Source: Amoebophrya sp. A120
Lineage: Eukaryota > Protista > Dinoflagellata
Length of the DNA stretch: 64,000 bases
NCBI GenBank assembly: GCA_905178155.1
Contig: CAJINV010000012.1
Location: 2,395,407-2,459,406 of the forward strand
Reading direction: 5' to 3'
In this document: in pieces, positions 26,101 to 36,700 of the stretch
Layout: every line of letters starts with the position of its first letter
Position numbering within the stretch: position 1 is the first letter of the stretch
Notes under the pieces: generated by a model
The model's database searches: none
What the model was told of the DNA's origin: nothing
Seen by the model: the letters and a program-made list of their open reading frames with translations, nothing else
Program-made: the position numbers and the translations under genes

Positions 26101-29100
26101 CTAGAAGAAGCTGAAGCTGCTGCGCTGCTCCTGTTGCTCATCATCGTCTCCTTGTGCATGCGGTTTCGGATCTCGGTCAAACCAAAGACGAGCGTTTTCA
26201 AACCCAGCGACTCTAGAAACTCGGACCGTTTCAAGCACTGTTGGCGGATCGTCTGCTCGAGTGACAGTTGCTCGTCGATCTCATCTGTTACGTTGATCCC
26301 CTCGTCGAGATTCGAAACGATTTGCACATTCTTCGCAGAGGTCGTGGGGGATGAGGAGGGGGACAGTGGCTCCTGATCTTTTTTGTTACCACTTCGAGGC
26401 GGATCACCCATAGAAGCCACCTGTGAAGAAGAGGAAATAACTGTTGGCGTCAGAAGTTGCACACCTCCTCCTCCACCCTTGACCGGACTATTTATATCGT
26501 TCGCGGCTTGATGTCCACTGGTTACTATTTGATCCCACCCTTCCGCTTTAGAAGTATTGTTCCTGGTGGCTCGGAACAGCGCTGGCGGACTCTTCGCGCC
26601 GTCGTCCACGATGACGTGCTATCAAATGCAAAAGTGTCTGGGTCTGGAAGGATGTAACTTGTGATGCTGCCTTTGGATTCTACAAAAATCTGCATTGCAT
26701 GAACAGCAAAAGAGGCCCAGCTTTTGCGACGGCGAGGGGGTATTTCTCATGCGGTATAGGCATCAGGAAGCCATCACCAAATCTGTGATGCTAGGTCATG
26801 CATCACAGACATCATGGGTCATGCCGAATATGCATGACGAACCTGGCAATCTTCCAGACCCAGACATTTTTGCAGTTGATACGTGCCAGAAGAATTTCAC
26901 GCCGTTGTCAGAGTTCAGCAGGGAGAGTAGCGCCTTCGCGGATTTCTGCAACACGAGCATTATATCCTGTGCAAAAGTATCGCACTCGTACTAATTGCGT
27001 TTATGCATTACAAATCTTTTTTTCAAGGCAAATCCGCATTACAAATTGAAATTTGTAGTGCTAAGTCAATTTGTAATGCATAACGAGTACGATGCTTTTG
27101 CAGTTCATACATTACTCCGGTGAACAGATCCTCCGTCTCGTCAAATATCGGCGCACAGCAACACAGCGACCCAACGGACGGAAAAATTTCCATGTAGTCC
27201 ATCTGGACCGCCTCCACGCAGCTGCGGTACAGGTTCAGGCCGAACTGGCGCCAGTTCTTCAGCCGAAAGTGCTATGGAAGCGTCAGGATTGAAATCGTCA
27301 AAGTTGAAATAATTTGTGACGCATAAAATGCAACCCACAAAGTACCTGTCTTGCAGAGTAGACAAGGGAGGCAGATTGCAAGCCTGTTGAGGGGTAGAAA
27401 TAGAGCTGCTAAAGTAGCATGACAAAACGCGTCTTCCTTACCCAAACAGCATGACAAACTGGATTTAGGGACCACCGAAATTTGTCATGCGCCACTTGGA
27501 AACTGGGTTCCGACTGGCATCCATTTTATGCATGACAAACAAGGTCCGAGCACGGGGACAGAGTCCCCGTGCGGCGACCTTCCGGCATTTGTCTGGGACG
27601 AGTTCGGGGGTTGTGGTGGCTGGCACAGGGCGGGCAGGCCCCTGCAGCTCGGTGCCTCTGTGTGCCCTGCGCTCCCTGATCCGCGACAGACCTACGGACG
27701 GAGCTCCTCAGCTTGCCCACACTAGATCCGCTGGCCCACCGCGAACAGTGAAACAAAGAGAAAAGAAAGGAAGAAGCTGGCGCCGGGCCGGGTGCCGATA
27801 GCACCGGCGCCGCGTCTGTAGCTGGCCCCTAGGTCATGACGCGGGGACCGAGTCCCCACGCTGACCGAGGGCTTCTGCCCCTGGGCCGTGCGGTTAGTTT
27901 CCGGGTGGGAAGGGAAGCGCCAGCAGCTGGCCCCTAGGTCATGACGCGGGGACCGAATCCCCGCGCTGACCCCGGGCTTTTGCCCCTGGGCCGTGTGGTT
28001 AGTTTCCGGGAAACGCCCACAACAGCTGGCCCCTAGGTCATGACGCGGGGACCGAGTCCCCACGCTGACCTAGGGCTTTTGCCCCTGGGCCGTGCGATTC
28101 GTTTCCGGAAAACGCCCAAAGCTGGCCCCTAGGTCATGACGCGGGGACCGAGTCCCCGCGCTGACCTAGGGCTTCTGCCCCTGGGCCATGCGGTTAGCTT
28201 CCGGGAAGCGCCAACAGCTGGCCCCTAGGTCATGACGCGGGGACCGAGTCCCCGCGCTGACCTAGGGCTTTTGCCCCTGGGCCGTGTGGTTAGTTTCCGG
28301 GAACGAAGCGCCCGCAGCAGCTGGCCCCTAGGTCATGACGCGGGGACCGAGCTTCCGCGCTGACCTAGGGCTTTTGCCCCTGGGCCGTGCGGTTAGATAC
28401 TTTCCGGGAAACGCCTAAAGCTGGCCCCTAGGTCATGGCGCGGGGACCGAGTCCCCGCGCTGACCTAGGGCTTTCGCCCCTGGGCTATGCGGTTAGTTTC
28501 TGGGAAACGCCCGAAGCTGGCCCCTAGGTCATGACGCGGGGACCGAGTCCCCGCGCTGACCTAGGGCTTTTGCCCCTGGGCCGTGCGAGAGACCCGCTCT
28601 GGATACTTGAGCCCGCTCTGGATAGTTATTCGATTCGGATCCAGGTTAGCCTTCTGCTCTGGCTATTCAGTTTCTCTGCCCCCTGCTCTGGATGTGGTAG
28701 CCGAGGGCGCGCCGGGGGTTTGTCTGGGGTGTGTCGGGGGTGTCTTCCGGGGGTGCGAGACGGGGGTCTGCCTGGGGTGTGACGGGGGTGTGTGTGTCGG
28801 GGGTGTGTCTGGGGTGTGTCTGGGGTGTGTCGGGGGTGTGTCTGGGGTGTGTCCGGGGTGTGTTCGGGGTGTGTGTTGCAAATTGCAAACCACGATGCTA
28901 CGCAGCCACTTTGCATACCCCAGAACACACCCCAAAGCTTCAGCAGTTCTTGTCGGGGGGGTGTGTCGGGGGTCTGTCTGGGGTGTGCCTGGGGTGTGTC
29001 CGGGGTGTGTTCGGGGTGTGGCCTGCAAATTACAAATCACGATGCTACGGACCCACTTTGCATACCCCAGAACACACCCAAAAGCTTCAAAAGTTCTGGC

Positions 29101-29868
29101 TTGCTGCAGTTTAAATAGTAATTATTTCAACTTTGTCGATTTCAACTCTGACACATCCATAAGTGCGCCTTGGCGTTCAGGAAAAGAATCCGTCCGTGCA
29201 CACAGCCGGCGCTCTTTATCCACCAAAAAAGATCCATCCCCAACATCCATGAACTTGTCATGCAAGAAATCATAGTCATACATCAAATTTGAATCCGGTT
29301 GCTATCTGTGATGCAGAAAATGGATGGAAATGGGTGTAGTTTTTTCCTCGATACACTTCTCCGCGATTCGGTCGCAGTCTCGTGAGCAGGAAAGAAAGTC
29401 TTTCATGCGGTACCGAACGATTGCCCGCTGGTACAGCCAGGAGGTGAGCACTTCGATGGACGCGGTGTGGCCCTGCTGTTTCAGAAAGTTGGTGAGAATG
29501 GTTTCGTAGTCTCGGTTCGTCTTCTCTCGTGGTTTTTTATGGGTTGACGAGGAGGAGGAACTGCTGGACGGGTTGTGGACGACTTTCTGCGTCTGATGCC
29601 GAGCTGCGTCAACAACAACATCTCCGCCGCGCTGTTTTGAAGGGGTCATGATCCCGCCGGGGTAAAAAGAACCAAGTTTCCCCGGGCTGCTCTTTGATGG
29701 GGACGAAGTGGTGCTCCTACCGCCCGTTGGCTGCGGGGCGGGCATCTTTATTCGATTCAACACCGGCTCGTGCGTGCGGCGAGAATTTTGTACGTGGTGT
29801 TGACAACTCGAGTCTTCCCTCGCTCCCACGGGGCGTGGCGGTTTGGTCGCGTCTCCTCCGGTGCTCAA
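20130..29868 (-). CDS. Large helical protein with N-terminal TPR-like segments and at least 14 introners (may be two genes)
   Basis: LYQRAIVRYRMKDFLSCSRDCD and ILFLNAKAHFRLKNW resemble TPR helices; exons lie between DR-flanked elements. The start codon and the 21220-21461 junction are unresolved. Confidence 0.55.
20672..20845. mobile_element. Introner family A, diverged
   Basis: DR GCCGA/ACCGA. Confidence 0.8.
21499..21652. mobile_element. Introner family A
   Basis: DR GGGGA. Confidence 0.9.
21857..22099. mobile_element. Introner family B
   Basis: DR TTCAT/TCCAT. Confidence 0.9.
22214..22367. mobile_element. Introner family A, diverged
   Basis: DR CAGAT. Confidence 0.85.
22708..23006. mobile_element. 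Introner family B, diverged
   Basis: DR CCGAT/CGCAT; transcript 5' end now reads G|TAACC. Confidence 0.75.
23420..23567. mobile_element. Introner family A
   Basis: DR CGGAT. Confidence 0.9.
23696..23849. mobile_element. Introner family A
   Basis: DR ATTCT. Confidence 0.9.
23930..24903 (+). mobile_element. Non-autonomous Helitron-like element H2
   Basis: Inserted at CACAGA|TTGCAG with no TSD; 5' TTACTTATATA; 3' hairpin GCTCCGGC-ggta-GCCGGAGC (24876-24895) then ATGGCTGG (CTRR); internal AGAGG and CCCTCTCGCG repeats. Confidence 0.8.
24430..24600. repeat. 12-14-bp tandem repeat (GC)CACCCTCTCGC
   Basis: Read directly; complementary AGAGGG motifs at 23960-24330. Confidence 0.9.
25405..25572. 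mobile_element. Introner family A, diverged
   Basis: TIR clear; DR GTCAC/ATCGC. Confidence 0.8.
25686..25871. mobile_element. Introner, diverged (TATTGATTGCAAA...TTTGCCATGAATA)
   Basis: DR GCTGG/ACTGG. Confidence 0.75.
26620..26881. mobile_element. Introner family B
   Basis: DR CGTGC. Confidence 0.92.
26963..27109. mobile_element. Introner family A
   Basis: DR CATTA. Confidence 0.92.
27821..28586. repeat. Tandem array of 8 units of about 100 bp, each with a long hairpin
   Basis: Core CCCTAGGTCATGACGCGGGGAC-CGA-GTCCCCGCGCTGACCTAGGG recurs every 96-105 bp. Confidence 0.92.
28712..29097. repeat. GGGGTGTGTCT-type G-rich repeats inside a duplicated block of about 160 bp
   Basis: Read directly from the sequence. 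Confidence 0.85.
29217..29353. mobile_element. Introner family L (TATCCA..AAAA..CCATCC)
   Basis: DR CTCTT/CACTT; related to 33508-33620. Confidence 0.8.
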
Positions 29869-30777
29869 CGATATGAAGCCGCTCCTTCAATGATCTTCAC
29901 AGGGTGGTCGAGAGCTCGCGTAAATCTCCTCATTAAAAACCATGTTGAATGAAGTTTGTCATCAAGTAGGAGCAGAAATCATTCACCTCCCTTCTGAGTC
30001 AACAAAAGAGCAGTTGTGCCGTAATACTTCTCTCTTTCTCGACGTGACTACGTCCGGGCACATTTCTTTCCAGCTATTAATTTGTACCTCTTACACGACT
30101 CAAACCTCAAGGAACTCTTCACAGTACGACACCTGCTGCGATGAAGATGTAAAGGCACTGACCCTGCTCCGACCTGCTCACTCCGACTCTCACTCTACAA
30201 CGGCAAACGCAAAGCATCTATATTATCAAATCCCTCTTCTTTCTACAAAAGAGGAGGACAGGAGGCCAAGAAACACCACGAAGAATTGTGTCTCTACATG
30301 CGAAAACGACGACGACGACGACCAGCGCCTAGGTAGCCACCCGTGGAAGAAGCGGAAGCACCACCTCCAGGTACGACGATGGCCAGACCACGAAATGGAA
30401 ATGCGACGCAACTACTAACTTCCTAATTCTTGTATCCACAGAAGTGACGCCGCGAGTTTCCGACTGAGTTTGATAAATAACACAACCGCCGCAGTAAACT
30501 TCTAGTTCATGAACAGTCAACGCAATGAATTGCGGGTTTCAACAGTCTTGTCGTCCCGACTGTTGGTGCTTCGAAAGCAGGACGAGAGGTTTTTTCTCTG
30601 TAGTTACGGATGATCTTATGTGCGATTTTCTGCTCTTGCGAATAGTCGTTTTGAACAAAGAAAAATCATCTTGACATCATTTTTGCGCACTCGTACAAAT
30701 ACAGTCCTTTTCGTCTTTTTGAAATTCGTGATTAAAAATTACTTACTTCTCGAAGAAGCAGAAGGCCTGCTCAACTC

Positions 30778-33700
30778 TTATTCATCTGAAGAGTCGTCAC
30801 CACGACCTGCAACTTGAAAAAACGAAGCCTCCGCTTCCTCCTCCTCGTCTTCCAAAATCAGCTTTGGCTCGAAAGATTCTGTGCCGCTTTTCGTACTGGT
30901 TTCTTTCCGTTGCATCGTCTTCGCCCCCGGGGGAAGCGAAGCTAGCATTGGCGCGGGTGGCGGCGCGGGTGGTTTCAGCAACTTGTTCTGCTGCATCTGG
31001 TGGCTCGTGGTCGTTGACGCATTTTTCTCTGCAAGATCTACTCTTGGCGCCTGCACATCGCGCACGAGAACAACCTTCGGAATTTTGACCAACGGAGGAG
31101 GAGCTTGTGGGGGCGGGTCGCGTGCTGGAGGGGTTTTAGTTTTTTTACTACTCCCAGACGTTCTACTTCTTGGTCCGGCGACGGGGGCAGCTGGTGCATT
31201 GGAGGTGGTCGCTTGAAAATGTGGACCACCACCTCCTACCGGCGACGATCCAGCATCCGTCAAATCTTGCAACGCGCCCATCTCTTCGTTTTCTACTTCT
31301 TCGCTGTTCGCTATGTTACCGCTTCTTTTGCTACTTCTCCCCCGCGGCCCTCCGCTCCCACTACCTGCCGATTTGGAACGCTGCTTCTCGATTTTTTCCC
31401 TGACGTAGCCGTTTACCTCGGTGAGAATGTTGGTTTTCACGTTTTCCAACATGGATTCGATGACGTGCTTCGTGCACAGCTCGTTCTGTTCTTCGACGGC
31501 CTTCCTGGTTGAGTGAAACTGCTTCAGGTTCATCTGTTCTTGCCGGTTTTCGATGCGGAAACTGTATTACAGTGAAAAATGCCCCCACCCCCAAAGTTGC
31601 AAAAATTTCTGATGCGAAGTTTCCAAATGAAAACTTTTTGTCATGCATGAAAGGAGTATGAATCTTTCTGATGCAGGGTCTAGGCGTATATCGCATCGCT
31701 TGCATGACAAGCGCTGCTCTTGCTTGGATCATTTGCAATACAAATTTTTGCTATTCACGATTGGAAATCTGTGATGCTGATAGATGCAAGAGGGCGAGTG
31801 TTTCATTTGGAAAGGTTTGCAGTACAAATGCTCCCAAGTTCGCGGGTGGGGGCATTTTTCATTGTAATAAACTGAAAAAACTGTTCTTCCACTTCTGTTT
31901 CAGAATCGCGTAGGAGCGCGACTGCGTGGCGCTCGCCCGATAATTGGTGGAATTACTGCGCAGTTGTTGTGCTTGCTGCTGCGATTGGAAAGTGGACGGA
32001 TTAGTGTTTGCATCGCCCCCGACGAGGCCTACATCGCCGTTAATATTTTCCCCTGTGCTGTCCCGCAGCTGTTGCTGTTGCTCCTTTTGCAACAGCAGCG
32101 ACTCTTTCCTGCCCGCCGTGAGCATCATCTGCAGCAACCTCTCTTGCGCCGCGCGCATCAGTGTCCGCTGCACTGCGAGCTGCACCTTGTGGCGGCGGAT
32201 GCGCGAGGACTGCTCGGGGAATTTCAACAAAACGTCCCTTATGAGAGTGCACAACTCGACGTCTCCCTTTTACGTTTACCCATCATTTGTGTTCTTGCAG
32301 GAAGAACACCAACAGCAATAGTACAACAAGCGTCAGCAATAAAATGCAGGCTTTGCATCACAAACTTGCACAGGAGAAGTGCAGTGCAGCTATTCGATGA
32401 TCTACTAGAACTTGGCATGCTAACTACAGTGCCAAGAGGCTGCAAAGTCGTGTGGAAGTGGATTTCGATTTGGTATTTTGCACGACAAATTATGCGGGGT
32501 ACGACGAGGGAGACCTCCAATTGTGCATTCATTCTCATATCGTTCAGCTGCTTGCGCGAAATCGCCGACGCTTCCACGTTATGCATTGCAAAAGTATCGC
32601 ACTCGTATAAATGCATTACAAATTTCCTCAGCATGAGAAATATATAAAATTTGTAATGCTGATTCACCTCAAGAAAAAGATTTGCAATGCATGATTGCAA
32701 TACGAGTACGATACTTTTGCACAGGATACACGTAGGTCATGGCGAAGCCGGAGTAGAAAGACACCAGATCCGGGTGGTCCAGCAAAATGTCCTCCCCCCA
32801 GCAGCTATGCATTGCAAAAGCATCGTACTAGTAGAAATCGCATCACAAATTCGGTCAGCATGACAAATGGAATTTGTCATGCTGTTGATGCCTCGGGATG
32901 GAGATTTGTAATGCATGACTGCGATTGCTACGAGCACGATACTTTTGCGCAGGGTAGCAGCCGCCCACCCGGTACACGCAGTTGTTCACCAAGGTCACGC
33001 CCGTATGGAGGCGTCAAGATTGAAATCGTCAAAGTTGAAATAGTTTGTGATGCATAAAATGCAACAACACAAGAGTGCCTGTCTTGCAGAGTAGGCAAGG
33101 GAGGCAGATTGGAAGGCTGTTGAGGGGTAGAAGTAGAGCTGCTTAAGTAGCATGACAAGAGGCGTCTTCCTTACCCAAACAGCACTACAAACTGGATTTA
33201 GAAGGTACCACCGAAATTTGTCATGCGCCACTTGGAATAAACTGGGTTCCGACTGGCAACCATTTTATGCATGGCAAATCATTTCAACTTCGTCGATTTC
33301 GATCCTGACAGTTCCATAGCCCGCCCGCATCACGTACAACACCTGGGAATCGCCGATCGGCTCGCCCTGCGCGTAGGTGATGGGCTTCAGCGCCATGCAG
33401 ATCGCGGCCAGCAAATCGTAGTCGACGTCGGACAGGAACACCACCCGCAGCATGAAGGCCGCGTGCATGGTGATCGCCACCTCGGCTTGCAAAGTCGGGG
33501 ACATCTTTATCCAGGACAAAACAACCATCCACATCAATTTTATGCATGACAAACGTAGGACTCACTTCGTACATGTTTTGCACGACAAATTGGATGGGGA
33601 TGGTTGTTTTTTTGTGGATAATCTTCTTGAAAATCTTCTCGTAGCTCTGCTGCGACTCCCCAATGTCCTTGGTGTGCTGGAAGAACTGCCGCAGCCGCTT

Positions 33701-36700
33701 CCGCAACGACTCGTCCACGTCTTTTTCGCGCATCATGCGATTCAGGTCGTCGATGGTCTCGATGAATTTCCGGTCTTCCGCGGTCCGGTGGGAGATCAGG
33801 CCGTGGTATGAAATGCAAAAGTAATATCGGACAGACGCTGTAACTAGAACTACATTAGCATGCTTTGATTTCGATTTGCATAGCATGACAGGCTTCTTAG
33901 CTGCAGGTGCAGGTAGAGAGCAGCATTACAAATTTAATTCTTCGATATTTTTTCTACTTGTAGAATAAATTTTTATGCAAGCTGTAGTTGCAGTACACGA
34001 CGTACTAACACGAACACGATCATGCTTTTGCATTGCATACACACGCGAACCCGACAATAGAAGCCCAGGTGACGCCGGCGATGAACATGATCAGGCAGGC
34101 GATAAACCGCTCTCCGGTGTATCAACGGCAAAAACGTCTGGGTCTGGAAACTTGTGATGCAAGACAGTCAATAACAAATGCACTGTAATGCGCCGCCAAG
34201 CATAATATGTTTTTTCTTTTCGTGCTTCTGTGCTGCGTATTTCGCATGAGAAACTGTGTTTTTGCATGGCAGGCGAGAGAGGCTGTTTGTGGCCACGCAA
34301 TACAGATTTAAGGGCCATGCCAGATCAGCATGACAAGTCTCGCAATCTTCCAGACCCAGAAATTTTTGCAGTTGATACGGTGTGCGTCGGCACAATGTCA
34401 CCGTACCCGATAGAGGTGAGCGTCATCAGGCTGTAGTGAAGCGCCCCGACGTAAATCTGGAACGCGTTGCCCAGACAGCTGTTGCACTGCTGGCACGTTA
34501 GCGGCGACGAGCACACCGTGCACTCGCAATACTCCTGCACCCAACTGACCCGGCGCCGCCCCGTCGACGGCAGCGCGTGCGGGGTGGTCTGGAACTCAAT
34601 CAGGGAACGGAGGTGGCGCCGAAGCTGTTGAGTCGCAAAGGAATCCTCCGAGTTGTCGATCTCGTAGTTCTTGGTGTGGGGGAAACTTCTGGTATCATCT
34701 AGCGCAGACGGTCCTCGTGTTCTACTATTGGTATTGCTTCTTGCGGCAGTTGTGGTTGCATCAGGATTCTGTCGAGGAAGATCTCGCCCCGTTCGCAGCT
34801 CTTCCTCCTCTTCTCCAACATCTATTTCACTTTCGTCGGCGATGTTGAACGGGAAGTTGTAGAGCCACGACAAAAAACGTGAAACGCCAGTTCTTTCCTC
34901 GATTGATGTTTCTGTTTCTCCGCCGCCCGTGTCCGCGAGCAGCTCCGCTTCATCTACCGAAAAAGCTGAAAGCGGATTTTTGCTACTGCTTTCCTCCGGT
35001 GCTCCTGCAGAGAAAATGAAACTGTCCCCGACGGATTTTCTCGTGCCCCAAGCCTGGATGTCCAGCGGATTGGTCAGATAAGAAAGCGGGTCGTTGCGGA
35101 AATAGTCAAACCATAATGCTGCAGAAGATGCTAGTGCATCTTCATTTGATATTTCAATTTCATCTGGGGGGGATATAATTCCAATCCGGGTCGTGGTGGC
35201 TGTTGATCCATTTGCTTGTTTCCCTTCTTGTTGCTCGGAATTTCTATCTTTGTGGGCGGCGGGCGGGAGCCCTGGTAGTATGGAGTCAAATTGAAGATCA
35301 TCATCGTCGTCCTGTTGCGAAGATCGACGTTGTTCTCGTCGTTCCGATAAAGACCTGGAGCTGCTGCGGTGTGTCGTCGTTTCTGTTCCAGCCCCTGGCT
35401 GCGCCTCCGCTCGGACGTAGTAGTCAACATCGGCTGCACGAAAACTATGGTCGTCAGACATGTCCGGCCCCAGCAAGCTCCGGCTCCGGAGCACGCTGCC
35501 ACCACTGCTAGAAGTACTACCAGTACCACTACTTCCGCTGTAGTTGATATGGAACTGTCAGGTTTGAAATCGTCAAAGTTGAAATAGTTTATTGTCATGC
35601 ATAAAATGCAACGCAGAAAGTGTCTGTCTTGTAGAGTAGGCAAGGGGGGCAGATTGTAAGCCTGTTTTGGGGTAGAAATAAAGCTGCTGAAGTAGCATGA
35701 CAAAAGGCGCCTTCCTTACCCAAACAGCATGACAGACTGGATTTCGGATCTACCCAAATTTGTCATGCGCCACTTGGCAACTGGGTTGCAACTTTCATCC
35801 ATTTTCTGCATTACAAGTTATTTCAACTTTGTCGATTTCAATCCTGACACATCCATAGTTGACGAGGTTTCCATTCACGAAGAAGTCTCCGCCCGCCCGT
35901 ACGCCGTACGCTGCCCAGACGCAGGCCAGCCAATGCGCCGCGAGAACTAGGACGCAGAGAAACTGGAGCAAGAGGGACAAGCTGTGGCTGATCTGAATGT
36001 GGATGGATTTATCGCGCACAAACTTCATGGACTTCATGATTTTGCCCAGCCGCAACAGCCGCAGCGCCCGGAGCAGCCCGGAGCCCTCCCCCGCCTGCGC
36101 GGTGAAGGTGTACCCGGCGAGCTCGAAGATCCAGAAGGGGAATACGAGCTATGCATTGCAAATATGTCTGGGTCCTCTGGAAAGAATGTTGGGATTTGTG
36201 ATGCTAGCTGGCGATCTTCACACAAAAATCTGTATTGCATAAAAGGCAAAAGGCGCTCAGATTGTTGCCACTCAAAGAGGGCACTTCTCATGCAGAATCG
36301 GCATGAGCACCAAACCTTTGCGAAAGCTGTGATGCTAGAGAATGCATCGCACTCGCAGGCAAGCGGAGGCCATGCACAATTTGCATGACAAACTCCCCAA
36401 ATCTTTCAGACCCAGACATATTTACATTTAAATACGGCCAAGAAATCGACGATAAACCAGGTTTTGATGTAGTTCATCGCGATCTTCCCTTGGGTATGCA
36501 TTGCAAACATGTCTGGGTCTGGAACGTTGAAACTACTTGTGATGCTGTCTTTGGATCTTAAAAAAGAATTGTATTGCATGACCAGGAAGAGGAGTCCAGT
36601 TTGTGCTAGTCGGGAAGGGCATTTGTCATGCGGAATAGGCATCAGCAAACCCTTTAAAATCTGTGATGCTAGGTCATGCATTACAAGCATCATGGGTCAT

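Larger units (their letters stand above)
27540..29121 (-). mobile_element. Non-autonomous Helitron-like element H3
   Basis: On the minus strand, inserted at GAAATAA|TTTGTCATGC; 5' TTACTATTT; 3' hairpin GCACGGGGAC-tct-GTCCCCGTGC then TCGGACCTTG, the same end type as H1. Confidence 0.8.
27273..29161. mobile_element. Introner family C carrying a nested 1.58-kb Helitron-like element
   Basis: DR AGTGC on both sides; removal gives NAKAHFRLKNW. Confidence 0.9.

Noticed and set aside
27821-28586. CRISPR array
   Set aside because: Inter-hairpin segments are near-identical rather than unique spacers, no cas genes are present, and the context is eukaryotic.
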